Shown here one piece after another: positions 23,124-33,084 of a DNA stretch of 64,000 bases. This DNA comes from an uncultured Actinomycetota bacterium (GTDB lineage: Bacteria > Actinomycetota > Actinomycetes > JAHEKZ01). Below the pieces are notes generated by a model that saw nothing but the letters and a program-made list of their open reading frames with translations, was not told the DNA's origin and searched no databases. The DNA lies in the NCBI GenBank assembly GCA_963829525.1, contig CAWHIJ010000003.1, positions 2,464,001 to 2,528,000 of the forward strand, read 5' to 3'. Made by a program: the position numbers and the translations under genes. The first letter of the stretch is position 1. Every line of letters begins with the position of its first letter.

Positions 23124-23678
23124 TCACTCCCCAATCTGCAACTTGCCGCTCTTGGAAACTGAGGGGTCTGTGCAGGCCGACAGGTCGAAGCAGCATGGTC
23201 GCCGCTTACCACTGTCCAACTTGGAGATGCTCACCTCGATGCGCCGTTGGCGCGTTGCCGAGTTGGCGGTCGCGTTCACCCATCGCACCCACTCCCAGCG
23301 CGCCATCGGCGTGATGTCTCGCCACCGCTCCTGCACCTCCGCAGGCGCGGCTTCGAGGGCGGTCTCCACGTCCAGCGGCACCTCCGGCTCCGGCCACTCG
23401 CGCGTGGGTTCGATGACGACGCTGACACGGTGCCCGGTCTCGAGGCCGGCAGCCTGTCGGAGTTCGGGCTGGATCCTGATCCAGTGGCCTTTGAACCCAT
23501 CGGGTTCAACGACCGTCTGGAACTCGTGGCCGTTCAACGTCCCGTGGACCGCAACCTGCCCCCGGGAAGGCAGACCTCGGCTCGCTGACTCCGGCAGCCG
23601 AACGATGGCCGTTGGACCCGCGACGCTGACCGAGGACTCGAACTGAACCACGCTTACCTTGACACTCATGGTTGTCAT
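23124..23678 (-). CDS. DUF1905 + YdeI/OmpD-associated family protein
   Basis: LPSRGQVAVHGTLNG, EPDG.KGHW, VPLDVETAL, WRDITPMARWEWVRWV, TRQRRI, KRRPCCF. Confidence 0.8.
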   Translation of the reverse strand: MTTMSVKVSVVQFESSVSVAGPTAIVRLPESASRGLPSRGQVAVHGTLNGHEFQTVVEPDGFKGHWIRIQPELRQAAGLETGHRVSVVIEPTREWPEPEVPLDVETALEAAPAEVQERWRDITPMARWEWVRWVNATANSATRQRRIEVSISKLDSGKRRPCCFDLSACTDPSVSKSGKLQIGE

Positions 23679-23728
23679 GCTGCCATGAGCCCATCGCCAC
23701 GTGTCGCTTGCGGAGGATCTCCCGTTTC

Positions 23729-24052
23729 TCAGACGGGCCGGGTCGTGTCTGGTGAGTTCCACGGCCAAAGGCCGGACTGCCGCATGCACGTCTCAGCCGA
23801 GTCGAGTGCGATCACTGCCGAGGGTCCCGCCCGGGCAAGTACGTCGGTGCGCCATTGGTCAGCGGACATGCCGTCCGCAGCAGCGGCTGCCGCGACTTCG
23901 GACAGATGCTTGATATGCGGTCCGCACGATGCGCGGTCAAGGCCCTCGACCTGGCCGGAGGGGCTGGCAAGGACCTCCGCGTACGCCGCAGCGAGCGCTT
24001 CGTGCACGTGCGCCAAGCTTGGATGGCTTCCCTCACCCGTGTGTTCTGACAT
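23729..24052 (-). CDS. Hypothetical protein
   Basis: 107-aa ORF with plausible composition (ETCMRQSGLWPW), co-oriented with neighbour; no recognisable domain. Confidence 0.4.
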   Translation of the reverse strand: MSEHTGEGSHPSLAHVHEALAAAYAEVLASPSGQVEGLDRASCGPHIKHLSEVAAAAAADGMSADQWRTDVLARAGPSAVIALDSAETCMRQSGLWPWNSPDTTRPV

Positions 24053-24305
24053 CAACTAGCCCTTCATGGCGACGGTGAGAAGAACAGCGAAACCTCGAGT
24101 GCCGGGAGGCTGTGGCGTGCTGGGGGGGATCACGATCCGCGCTGCTCGTCGTCTTCGGACGCGTCCTGCTGTACTCCGAGCTAGCCTTGACTCTACTCGC
24201 CCTTACGCAGACCGTCCTTCGAGGACTCCGCGAGGATTGGCCTCAGAGCCCGACGCTTCAGGTCCATCTCAGGACGTACCAGTCGAACCCAGGAGACATG
24301 TGCCA

Positions 24306-24668
24306 ATGGCTGACAAGCATCGAGTGAAGGTTGGCCGTGCCTACGATCCGCGGGCGAGGGGAGACGGCGCCCGTGTACTCGTCGACCGCATCTGGCCCCG
24401 GGGACTGAGCAAAGAGAAGGCCGACCTCGATGAATGGTGCAAGCAGGTCGCTCCGTCGACCGAACTCCGGAAATGGTATGCCCACGATCCGGCGCGCTTC
24501 GACGAGTTCAGTCGCCGATACCGTGCCGAGCTCCAAGAATCGGAGCGAGCCGAGGTCTTACAGCACCTGCGCGCCCTAGCGAAGCGCCGAAACCTCACAC
24601 TGCTCACCGCCACCAAACACTCAGACATCAGCGAGGCCGCAGTGCTCGCCAACCTTCTCAGGAAATGA
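24306..24668 (+). CDS. DUF488 (YeaO-like) protein
   Basis: RAYD...DGARVLVDRIWPRGLSKE, WCKQVAPSTELRKWY.HDP..F.EF..RY..EL. Confidence 0.88.
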   Translation: MADKHRVKVGRAYDPRARGDGARVLVDRIWPRGLSKEKADLDEWCKQVAPSTELRKWYAHDPARFDEFSRRYRAELQESERAEVLQHLRALAKRRNLTLLTATKHSDISEAAVLANLLRK

Positions 24669-24800
24669 TCAGTTCGCCTCGACGTCGTGGTCAGGCAGAA
24701 GAGGTGTCCCGCAGGGTCGGCGAAGACCAGGCAGTGCTCGGCGTTGGGCTGAAACTCGAAGCGGACGGCACCCGCCTGTTTGACTGTCTGCTCAGCAGCG
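24669..24800 (-). pseudogene. Remnant C-terminal half of a VOC/glyoxalase-like gene
   Basis: Manual translation AAEQTVKQAGAVRFEFQPNAEHCLVFADPAGHLFCL matches the DPAGHxFCL end of actinobacterial VOC proteins; no start or N-terminal half. Confidence 0.6.
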
Positions 24801-24846
24801 GGCCTTCGGATGGATCTTTCCCCTCGCCTAGTGGCTCGATGCTCCG

Positions 24847-25566
24847 CTAGGACTCGTCAACCGCGTCGCGGTTCTGCTGGGTGAGGATTCCGATCAGGAG
24901 ACCGACGAAGGTGACCAGGTAGAGCTGGCCGATGACTGCTTCGGCGTTCGCGAACAACCGGCCGGGCTGGGCCACGGCATACAGGTCGCCGTAGCCGACG
25001 GTGGTGATCGTGGTGAGGCTGAAGTACATGAGATCTGAGGTTGGTTCCACCTGAGCGAAGAAGGGCGATGTACCAGCGATGTTGATGGTCAAGAAAGCGT
25101 AGAAGAACGCCACCGCGATGAGTAGGTAGACCGAGACCGCGCCCAACAGGGTCTGACGGCTGACCCGCCGATGGGTCAGAAGCCTCCGGACCACCACGAT
25201 AGGAGCCAAGATGGCCAGGACCAGGGTGAAGGCCGGCGGTGTATTCGCGGCTCCCTGCGCTGTGAGGCCCGGTCCGCCGACGATCAGAACGAACGCCGAG
25301 AGGGCGACGCCCACCACAACGAGGATGTCAGCGACCCGCCGCCAACGCCGTCTGACGCCTGCCGCTCGCAGCGCAACGAGCAGGGCCAAAGCAGTGAGCG
25401 ATGAAGCGACAAGACCCGCAGCTTGCTGTGGCCGGTCGAACTCAAGGTCTGACAAGTCCACGAACGACAGCAGGATGACCGAGGTGACGGTAAGAGCGAG
25501 CAGCAGCCCGAACCGGTCGAGGTAGTGCGACTGGTCGTCGAAGATGACCCGTTGATCCATTCTCAC
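24847..25566 (-). CDS. Potassium channel family protein (Ion_trans_2)
   Basis: YFSLTTITTVGYGD selectivity filter, EAVIGQLY; multi-TM. Confidence 0.85.
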   Translation of the reverse strand: MRMDQRVIFDDQSHYLDRFGLLLALTVTSVILLSFVDLSDLEFDRPQQAAGLVASSLTALALLVALRAAGVRRRWRRVADILVVVGVALSAFVLIVGGPGLTAQGAANTPPAFTLVLAILAPIVVVRRLLTHRRVSRQTLLGAVSVYLLIAVAFFYAFLTINIAGTSPFFAQVEPTSDLMYFSLTTITTVGYGDLYAVAQPGRLFANAEAVIGQLYLVTFVGLLIGILTQQNRDAVDES

Positions 25567-25589
25567 ACCGTTGTCTCTGGACGACCGCG

Positions 25590-26099
25590 TTAGTCGTGCT
25601 CAACCCAGCGATCCACCGCCCACATCACGGCCAGAGCGAGGGCAGGATCGACCCCATCGGCCACATCAATGGTGTAGGAGTCGCGGACGGTCACCCACTT
25701 CTGGGTGATGTTGACGATGGGCTTGCCCTCAGACGTAATCGTGTAGTTCTTCTCGAAGATCTCACCCTGGAGTGCCCACGGCTCGCCCGAGGTGGTCTGC
25801 AGGGTCATCTTGGTCTTGATGGGAGAGAACGTCTTGGCGTGAAGAGAGGCGACCTCGTTCCCCTCTGCGTTGCTAATGGTCATGCGCTTGGGGATGCCCA
25901 GCAGTTTGCCTCTGACCTGATAGACGTCGTTCCCAGCTGTGTCCTTGACCTCGGCCTTCGGTCGGGCGCCGATGTGCCCGTCGATAAAGAACTTGTCTTC
26001 CTCGGTGGCGGGGTCAAACACCCGATAGTCGCCCCCCGCGCCGAACTTGCTCTTCATCTGGTAGCGGGTCCATCCGGCAGGAACAGGCGGCATGGCCAC
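25590..26099 (-). CDS. LURP-one-related (LOR)/scramblase family protein
   Basis: RYQMKSK, QGEIFEKNYTI, ITQKWVTVRDSYTIDV, DPALALAV..AVD. Confidence 0.8.
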   Translation of the reverse strand: MAMPPVPAGWTRYQMKSKFGAGGDYRVFDPATEEDKFFIDGHIGARPKAEVKDTAGNDVYQVRGKLLGIPKRMTISNAEGNEVASLHAKTFSPIKTKMTLQTTSGEPWALQGEIFEKNYTITSEGKPIVNITQKWVTVRDSYTIDVADGVDPALALAVMWAVDRWVEHD

Positions 26100-26181
26100 A
26101 GCTTGATCTCCTCACGCAACGCAGACTCCGGGCAGCGATTCCGGCGAGGCTACCGAACAACCTAACGCGGCGCCCGCGAGA

Positions 26182-26260
26182 AGCGAGCGCGAATGCAGGG
26201 TTACCGCTCGCCCAGACGGCGAAACGGGCTCTTCGGCTCACAAACTCATGGGGCCCGACG
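26182..26260. repeat. Degenerate copy A of an element-end repeat (matches 32944-33024)
   Basis: Shared blocks AGCGAGCGCGAATG, GCTCGCCCAGACGGCG and CACAAACT.ATGGGG.CCGACG in the same order. Confidence 0.75.
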
Positions 26261-26276
26261 TCCTGAGAGCAAGCTC

Positions 26277-26311
26277 TTGACAGTGGTAATCCTGATCAGC
26301 ATGCTGATCAG
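26277..26311 (+). promoter_or_regulatory. Housekeeping-type promoter for a leaderless mRNA with overlapping palindromic operator
   Basis: TTGACA(26277)-N17-CATGCT(26300)-N6-ATG(26312); perfect 20-bp palindrome CTGATCAGCATGCTGATCAG at 26292-26311. Confidence 0.7.
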
Positions 26312-27187
26312 ATGAGTCCGCTACCTGCCAGCAACCGTGGGCACCCCGAGCACTTCGACGTCCGCAGGTTTGGACAGGAGCTCAGAGACCGCCGCGAAGC
26401 GCTCGGTTACTCGACCCGTCAGATGGCTCGAATCGCCGGAGTCTCCCAGGCATATGTCGTTGCGCTGGAGGGCTCGAAGTCGTCACGCGATTCCTCTGGC
26501 CCCTGTCCGACTGTCGAGGTGCTCGTCAGCTTCGCCGCTGCGCTTCGCCTTCCCTCTTCCGAGCTTCTGCAGTCGTCTCTGCGCCGTAGCGGGCCTCACG
26601 TGCTCCTCGTCACTGAGGGTGCGGGCACCGACGAGCTCGAGGCCGCGATCTCCCAAGTCAAGGGTGTCGGCATGTGGATTACGGCTGGAGGACAAGCAGA
26701 TTTCGGCGGGCGATGGCCGCACATCAACCTGCACTCCAGCGATGAGCCGGGGTACGCACTGGACACCATTGCCGTCGAGCTGCGTCGAGGGCTGTCGGAC
26801 TTGTCCTCGCAGGCCAAAGGCCGACGCGTCGGCCTGGCCTTCTCTGAACCGGATTCAGTGCTGCTGGGATCCACCGACGAGGTGCTTGAGGTCGAACACC
26901 ACTGGAAGGCGATGGTGAGCCGATCGCTCTGGGCGGTCGACGCCGAACCAACTGCGACCTTGTGCGTGTACCAGCTCGAAGTCGTCCGACGCATGCCGGA
27001 CCCATTGGAAGCGAGCCTGGACCTCATCCGGAGCCACGACTCCGTGTGGACCCTCAACGGCGAGAGAACGTCGCGCGGGCGCCGGGCCGCGATGCGGCTG
27101 CTTCAAGGCGTACGACCACCAGGAAGACGGGCAGACGAATGGCGCCTTGCCTGTACCCAGCACCTCGACCGCCTCACCGCGGCGTGA
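26312..27187 (+). CDS. XRE-family HTH regulator with C-terminal MEDS-like sensor region
   Basis: FGQELRDRREALGYSTRQMARIAGVSQAYVVALE HTH; TLCVY...DLIRSH tail resembles MEDS domains. Confidence 0.7.
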   Translation: MSPLPASNRGHPEHFDVRRFGQELRDRREALGYSTRQMARIAGVSQAYVVALEGSKSSRDSSGPCPTVEVLVSFAAALRLPSSELLQSSLRRSGPHVLLVTEGAGTDELEAAISQVKGVGMWITAGGQADFGGRWPHINLHSSDEPGYALDTIAVELRRGLSDLSSQAKGRRVGLAFSEPDSVLLGSTDEVLEVEHHWKAMVSRSLWAVDAEPTATLCVYQLEVVRRMPDPLEASLDLIRSHDSVWTLNGERTSRGRRAAMRLLQGVRPPGRRADEWRLACTQHLDRLTAA

Positions 27188-27205
27188 TCAGAAAGGACCG
27201 AACCC

Positions 27206-28393
27206 GTGACCACCTGCATCCACTCTGACACCAGAGACCCGGTGTCCATCAGCTCCCGTCGATTTGAACAGTCCCCGTACCACGGCCTCTACGCCAACGA
27301 TCAGACGGTGCTCGGCGTGTACGCCGGGCGCTTCTATCCCGTGGACAACGGTGAAGACCTGTCGAGTACCTACTGGAAGCTACGACGCGAGGCCGTTCTC
27401 TACGACGTGCCCGAGAAGCCTTGGCAGATCGAGGGCCCCGACGTCCTTCCCTTCCTGGAGCGGGTCTTCTCCCGACGCATCAGCGACCTCAAGGTGGGGC
27501 GTGGTCGTTACGCCATCGCGTGCACAGAATCCGGTGGCACCTTCATGGACGGCGTCCTCTTCCGGCTGGGAGACACCCGGTACTGGTACGTACAGCCAGA
27601 AGGTGAGCTGCAGTCTTGGCTCACCGCACACAGCGCCGGCTTCGATGTAAAGGTCTCGGACCCACAGTCACGAGTCCTGCAGATTCAGGGTCCCCGTTCG
27701 ATGGAGATCATGTCCGATGCCACCGCCGGCGCGATTGATCCCTCGATGAAGTACTTCCACGCAGGACACTTCGATGTGGGAGGTCAGACCGTCTATGTGT
27801 CGCGCACCGGGTGGACCGGCGAAGTGGGTTACGAGATCTACTCCAACCCCGACACCGATCATCCCCGTCTGTGGCGCGATGTCGTGTCCGCGGGCGAGGG
27901 CCACGGAATGGTCTTCGGCAGTACCAAGTCGATGAGTGTACGGCGCATTGAAGCAGGGATTCTCGACAACCTCACCGACTTCGACACCTCCATGACCCCG
28001 TACCAGGCGGGCCTTGGTGGCTTCGTCGACCTGGACAAGGAAGGCTTCATCGGACGTGAGGCCCTGCTCACCGCCGACCGTCGCTCGACTCTCCTCGGAG
28101 TGAGATGCGCGACCGCCGTCCCACAATATCGGGGGGATGTCCTGAACGAGGGAGCCGCAATCGGCAGCATCACTGCCTCCGCGTGGTCACCGACTCTCGA
28201 GTGCGGAATCGGCTACGTCAGGTTTCGCCACGCCAACGACTGGGTCGGCCGCAGGGTGACCGTTGCCACTGAGGACGGCAGTACCGCTCCGGGCGAGGTC
28301 GTCCCCCTGCCCTTCTTCGATCAGGAGAAGCGCATTCCCAGGGGGGCCTCTTCACCGGCTGACGACATGGCGTCGAGGGCGACCCGATCCTGA
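27206..28393 (+). CDS. GcvT-family aminomethyltransferase/demethylase
   Basis: LQIQGPRS, VSRTGWTGEVGYEIY, RRIEAGIL, TPYQAGLG..VDLDK..FIGREAL, LPFFD. Confidence 0.88.
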   Translation: MTTCIHSDTRDPVSISSRRFEQSPYHGLYANDQTVLGVYAGRFYPVDNGEDLSSTYWKLRREAVLYDVPEKPWQIEGPDVLPFLERVFSRRISDLKVGRGRYAIACTESGGTFMDGVLFRLGDTRYWYVQPEGELQSWLTAHSAGFDVKVSDPQSRVLQIQGPRSMEIMSDATAGAIDPSMKYFHAGHFDVGGQTVYVSRTGWTGEVGYEIYSNPDTDHPRLWRDVVSAGEGHGMVFGSTKSMSVRRIEAGILDNLTDFDTSMTPYQAGLGGFVDLDKEGFIGREALLTADRRSTLLGVRCATAVPQYRGDVLNEGAAIGSITASAWSPTLECGIGYVRFRHANDWVGRRVTVATEDGSTAPGEVVPLPFFDQEKRIPRGASSPADDMASRATRS

Positions 28394-28507
28394 CCAGCAA
28401 CGCAGTGGGCTCGGTGTGACGCGCGGCACCGGGCCATGCCCTCACCGGGGCTCAGCTGCAGATCGACACACACAACCAGCGACCCGCGTAGCGATGACGG
28501 TGCCCCA

Positions 28508-28882
28508 CTACTCGTGACCGAGCAGGGCCGTCCCGTCGGGATTGTCGATGATGTATTTCCAGGTGCCGTCAGACTGACGGCGCACGACCTCGGCCGTGGC
28601 TCCTGAAGGGGCCGACCCGTCGGGCATCTGCATGGTCCACGGCGTGTGGATCAGGGCCAAATCAGCGGCAGAGAAGACAAGGGACTCTCCGAAGGAGAGC
28701 TTGGCACCGGAATCGAGGTATGCCTTGAGGGTTGCCCGGATCTCGTCGTGCCCGGTCGAGGTGCCGCGTGGCGTCGGAAAGACAGCATCCTCGGTGTACA
28801 GGGACATCAACCCCTCCAGGTCGCCCTCGTTGAAGTAACGCTCGAAGAGGGTGCTCGCCTCGGCTGGTTCATGTGCCTTCAT
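28508..28882 (-). CDS. NTF2-like/SnoaL (YybH) protein
   Basis: FNEGDLEGLMSLYTEDA, EVVRRQSDGTWKYIIDNP. Confidence 0.85.
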   Translation of the reverse strand: MKAHEPAEASTLFERYFNEGDLEGLMSLYTEDAVFPTPRGTSTGHDEIRATLKAYLDSGAKLSFGESLVFSAADLALIHTPWTMQMPDGSAPSGATAEVVRRQSDGTWKYIIDNPDGTALLGHE

Positions 28883-29032
28883 GGGGTCCCTTCTGCGCCT
28901 GCGGATCGCGGCAGGGTACCAGGCCTTTTCTGGGGCTAGAGGACGTCCACCGGGTCGATCGGTGTACTGAAGAACGACAACGCCACCGGACTCGACCGAG
29001 GCCGGCGCGATCGTTCGTCGATGACGTGGTGG

Positions 29033-31030
29033 CTATCCGCCGCTGCTGTCAGCGAGATCGCGGTAGGCGAACGCATCCGCCGGGACGGCGGCCGCGTCCG
29101 GGGTGCTGCCGGGCATGATCGCGAAGGTCGGCTGGAACTGGGTCAGGACGCCAGCGAGGGTGAGCAGGATCGTCGGGTCGCCCTCGATCACTGCGGTTCC
29201 GCTGGCCACCTGCTGCTGGAGAGGGGCGATCCCGATCATGGCGTTCTCCAGGTCGGTCCGGTCGATCGTCAGCGTGATATCCGGATCGTCGGCGAGGAAT
29301 CCCTGGAGGCTGGTCAGCGTGCCGTTGCTGAGCTCGACGACGAAGTCCTCGCCGTTGTCGGGGGTGCGCATGTTCATCACGAACGCGGCGTCGCCCACCG
29401 CGGCCGAGTCCAGCCGGATGCCGAGGTAGTCGAGGAACTGCAGGGTGCTGAGCGCGCGCACTAGGTCCGGGCCCGTGCTTGAGGGGGCGGTGCCCGACGG
29501 GATCCCGGACCTTAGCTCGAGAGCCGCGGCGAGGAAGCTGTTGCGGACGCTCGGGCTCTCCTGCTGGTAGCCCACCTGCTCGAACGCGTCTGCAAGCATC
29601 CGTCGGCCGGCGACGTTCTCGGGCTCGCCGTAGACGAGCTTGTTGAGCACCTCGATTGCGAGCAGGTAGTCGCCGCCTTCCATCAGCTGCGCGGCGCGCG
29701 CCATGATGGCGTCCGCTCCGCCCATCATCTCGACGTACAGCGGTGCAGACTCCCGGGGTGCCAGCGGGATGAGGGTGGCCGGGTTGCCGTCCCAGTAGCC
29801 CAGGTAGCGGTTCACGACCGCGCGGGAGTTGTGCTCGACAGATCCGTGGTAGCTGCGTGCCGCCCAGCTGTGCTGCAGCGACTCGGGCACCTGGTAGACG
29901 CGGTGGATCTCGTTGATCGTGACACCCTGGTTGGCGAGGTGCATGACTCCGTTGTTGAGGTTCGCGTAGGTGTCACGCTGGGTGCGCATGACCTCCTGGA
30001 TGCGGTCGTTGCCCCAACGGGGCCACGTGTGCGACGCGAACATGACCTCGGCGTCCTTGCCGAACAGGTAGATCGCCTTGTTGATCTGACGTGACCACTC
30101 GAGGGCGTCGCGCACGAGCGCTCCGCGCAGCGTGTAGATGTTGTGGATCGTGGCGACAATGTTCTCCGCCGCCCAGAATGCCTTCCAGTCGGGGAACCAG
30201 GTGTTCATCTCCGCGGGGGCCTCGGTCCCCGGCGTGTTCTGGAACACCATCCGTACGCCGTCGACCGTGAGCTCCTCGATGGCGTCGACGATGTCGATGG
30301 TGGGGGGGATCAGACCGGACGTTCCGGCCGCCACGCCCTTGCCGATGGCCTGGTCGACATGGCCGTACGGACTGCGGTCGAGCAGCGTCCCGTACTGGTA
30401 GAACATGCGCCGGTTCATCGCGTTGCCGGCGTAGACGTTCTCGGCGACCGCGTGCTCGAGGAACCCCACGGGTGCGATCACCGGGACCTTGCCCGACCGG
30501 ACGTCGGCCTCGTCGACCACGCCGTGCGCGCCGCCGAAGTGGTCGCCGTGCGAGTGGGAGTAGACGACCGCCACCACCGGTCGGTGACCGAGATGCTTGT
30601 TCACCAGGGCGAGCGCGGCGGCCGCGGTCTCCTTGGCGGTAAGCGGATCGAACACGATCCAGCCCGTGTCTGAGCGGATGAAGGAGATGTTCGCCAGGTC
30701 GAAGCCGCGCACCTGGTAAATCCGGTCGGGCAGGACCTCGAACAGGCCGTACTCCATGTTGAGGATCGCCTGCCGCTGCAGGGACGGGTGGATCGACTCG
30801 AACTCCTCGCCGGCGAGCAGGAAGTCGTAGGCCCCGATATCCCAGGCGACATGACCTGCCTCCGCCATAATCTGCCGATACGACGGCGCCGCGAGGAAAC
30901 CGCGACGGGCCTCCTCGAAGTCGCGGTCGTCATCGAAGGGCAGCCGAGCCTTCGTCGCTGCGCGCACGGCTGACGTCGCTGACGACGGCGCCTTGCCCAA
31001 CTCGTGGAAGTGCTCGAACTCCATGGCCAT
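29033..31030 (-). CDS. Alkyl/aryl-sulfatase (SdsA1/YjcS-type MBL fold with SCP2-like C-terminus)
   Basis: HPSLQRQA, YQVRGFDLAN, YSHSHGDHFGG, TPGTEAPAEMN, HNIYTLRGA.VRDA, SHTWPRWG, YLGYWDGNP. Confidence 0.92.
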   Translation of the reverse strand: MAMEFEHFHELGKAPSSATSAVRAATKARLPFDDDRDFEEARRGFLAAPSYRQIMAEAGHVAWDIGAYDFLLAGEEFESIHPSLQRQAILNMEYGLFEVLPDRIYQVRGFDLANISFIRSDTGWIVFDPLTAKETAAAALALVNKHLGHRPVVAVVYSHSHGDHFGGAHGVVDEADVRSGKVPVIAPVGFLEHAVAENVYAGNAMNRRMFYQYGTLLDRSPYGHVDQAIGKGVAAGTSGLIPPTIDIVDAIEELTVDGVRMVFQNTPGTEAPAEMNTWFPDWKAFWAAENIVATIHNIYTLRGALVRDALEWSRQINKAIYLFGKDAEVMFASHTWPRWGNDRIQEVMRTQRDTYANLNNGVMHLANQGVTINEIHRVYQVPESLQHSWAARSYHGSVEHNSRAVVNRYLGYWDGNPATLIPLAPRESAPLYVEMMGGADAIMARAAQLMEGGDYLLAIEVLNKLVYGEPENVAGRRMLADAFEQVGYQQESPSVRNSFLAAALELRSGIPSGTAPSSTGPDLVRALSTLQFLDYLGIRLDSAAVGDAAFVMNMRTPDNGEDFVVELSNGTLTSLQGFLADDPDITLTIDRTDLENAMIGIAPLQQQVASGTAVIEGDPTILLTLAGVLTQFQPTFAIMPGSTPDAAAVPADAFAYRDLADSSGG

Positions 31031-31112
31031 CCGCCCGTTCCGGTGCCCTCACGGGACCCGGCTGGCCCCGCGACGACACTAGGGCACGGTCGCGCTGCTT
31101 GCCTTCCGTAGT

Positions 31113-31200
31113 ACAAACTGATGCGGCCCGAATGCGTCGGACCCCATCACTATTTCCCTGAATGGGTCAGCAGTTCTTCGTGTAACCCCCCAAGTGGGGG
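31113..31200. repeat. Degenerate copy B of the element-end repeat (matches 33004-33091)
   Basis: ACAAACTGATG.GG.CCGA..GCGTCGGACCCCATCA.TATTTCC.TGAA.GGGTCA...TAACCCCCCAAGTGG shared with copy C. Confidence 0.8.
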
Positions 31201-31426
31201 GTTAACGGAAATGACCTTTGCCCAGGTGGGGAGCCTGCATGGTGCAGGCCAAACCAGCCGCTGCTCAACGCCGTGACTGCCGGGTTCCCTCGGCACGGGC
31301 CGACCGTCGCATAAAGCTGACCTAGACGGTGCGAGCGATAGTGCCGGTTCCTGCCGCCTAACGGCACTTCGCGGAGTCCGCCGGATCGGTACGCTCTACA
31401 CGCGGGGATGAGATGGAGGCGCGTCG

Positions 31427-32782
31427 ATGCTGGGTGAAGCGGTTCGTGATCTTCGCGGCTGCACGCGGGGTGAGGTCATTGAGCCCGCCGACGTCGGGTA
31501 CGAGGCGGCTCGCGAGGTGTACAACGCGATGGCGATCGGGCGCCCGGCCATAGTCTTCCGGCCGGCGGACCTGCCTGACATCGTCGCCGCGGTGAGATGG
31601 GCAGCGGGGTCGGGTCTCGCGATCGGCGTCCGCGGCGGTGGCCACAGCGTCGCCGGCCACTCCTCCCCGGACGGGGCGCTACTCATCGACTTGTCACGGT
31701 GGCGCGGAGCGACCGTCGACCCGGCCGCGAGAACGGTGGACGCCCTCGCCGGTTGCCGGTTGATGGACCTCGATGCGGCAACCTTCGCCCACGGCCTGGC
31801 TGCGCCGTCCGGGACGTTCATCGACACCGGGATCGGCGGCTTGACCCTGAGCGGCGGGATCAGCTGGCTCCTGTCGTCGGAGGGCTTCGCGTGCGACGCG
31901 CTGATCGGCGCCAAGCTCGTGACGGCGGACGGCGACGTCCTCGAGGTCGACGAGAAGCGCGAGCCTGAGCTGCTCTGGGGCCTTCGAGGCGGTGGCGGCA
32001 ACTTCGGAGTCGTGACTCACCTGCGGTACGCGCTGACGGAGGTTCCCGCGATGTTCGGCGGCCGCATGCGCTTCCGCGGCGGCGCCCTCCGCGACGCCAT
32101 CCTCCGGACGTTCGAGGTCGAGGCTGCCGCGCCCGACGAGCTCGTCCTGGCGATCGTTGCGTGGCGCGACGAGGACGGCTCCCCGGCCATCTCGGTGAAC
32201 GTCGGGTGGCGCGGCCACCCAGAAGGTGGCATGACTGCGGTTCGCGCGCTCACAACGCATCCGGCCTGCTACGAGACCGATCTCAAGCCGATGAACTGGC
32301 TCCAGCAGCAGACCCTGTACCAGCCGATCCCATTCGGGCTCCGGCAGTACTGGAAGGGGCATCTCATCGGGCGGCTGGACGAATCGCTGGCCGACGCCTT
32401 GATCTCGTCCGCATCGGAGGCGACGGATGAGTCGTTCGCGCTCGTCGAGCTCATCCACGGCAAGGCTCATCGCATTCCCGAGGCGCACGCCGCGTTCGGA
32501 GGTCGGAGCGCCGTCGCGAATGCGACGGCCCTCGCAATCTGGGAGGACCCGGCCGGCGACGAGGCCGAGATAGCCTGGGCCCGCCGCTTTGCCGACCGGG
32601 TTTCGCCGCTCTCCATCCGAGGCGGGGGTTACCTCAACTATGCAGAGCTGGACCAGACGGCGGCGCGCGTTGCGGCCGCCTATTCACCGGACTCGTGGGC
32701 TCGACTTCAGCAGCTCAAGCGGCGCCTCGATCCCATGAACCGTTTCCGGTTCAATCCGAACATTCCACCCGAGGCTGCATGA
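31427..32782 (+). CDS. FAD-binding oxidoreductase (berberine-bridge-enzyme-like)
   Basis: VRGGGHSVAGHS, TGIGGLTLSGGI, LLWGLRGGGGNFGVVT, YLNY, LKRRLDP.NRFRFN.NI. Confidence 0.9.
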   Translation: MLGEAVRDLRGCTRGEVIEPADVGYEAAREVYNAMAIGRPAIVFRPADLPDIVAAVRWAAGSGLAIGVRGGGHSVAGHSSPDGALLIDLSRWRGATVDPAARTVDALAGCRLMDLDAATFAHGLAAPSGTFIDTGIGGLTLSGGISWLLSSEGFACDALIGAKLVTADGDVLEVDEKREPELLWGLRGGGGNFGVVTHLRYALTEVPAMFGGRMRFRGGALRDAILRTFEVEAAAPDELVLAIVAWRDEDGSPAISVNVGWRGHPEGGMTAVRALTTHPACYETDLKPMNWLQQQTLYQPIPFGLRQYWKGHLIGRLDESLADALISSASEATDESFALVELIHGKAHRIPEAHAAFGGRSAVANATALAIWEDPAGDEAEIAWARRFADRVSPLSIRGGGYLNYAELDQTAARVAAAYSPDSWARLQQLKRRLDPMNRFRFNPNIPPEAA

Positions 32783-32943
32783 AGACGCGTCCTGCCCAGT
32801 GATGCAACTTCGTTCCCGTGGCCCCCGGAGGTGGCCTGAGCCGACGGTCAACCTTCGTTGGGCCATTTCGCGTCCCACTCCCTTCGAGGTCGGGACTTAG
32901 CCCGATCGCCCAGCAGGTCCGCGCCGCATAGCGCGGCCCAGTG

Positions 32944-33084
32944 AGCGAGCGCGAATGGCACCGATATTGCTCGCCCAGACGGCGTAGTTGGACCCTTCAG
33001 CGCACAAACTGATGGGGTCCGACGGCGTCGGACCCCATCATTATTTCCGTGAACGGGTCACCGGGTACTCCGATAACCCCCCAA
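32944..33084. repeat. Copy C of the element-end repeat with a 14-bp-stem hairpin (probable minus-strand terminator), adjacent to the att-like fragment
   Basis: TGATGGGGTCCGAC-ggc-GTCGGACCCCATCA at 33010-33040; homology to 26182-26260 and 31113-31200. Confidence 0.75.

Noticed and set aside
26159-31400. Integron attC sites (ACCTAAC near 26160, GCCTAAC near 31356)
   Set aside because: No matching GTTRRRY end or attC-like stem, and no integron integrase in the window
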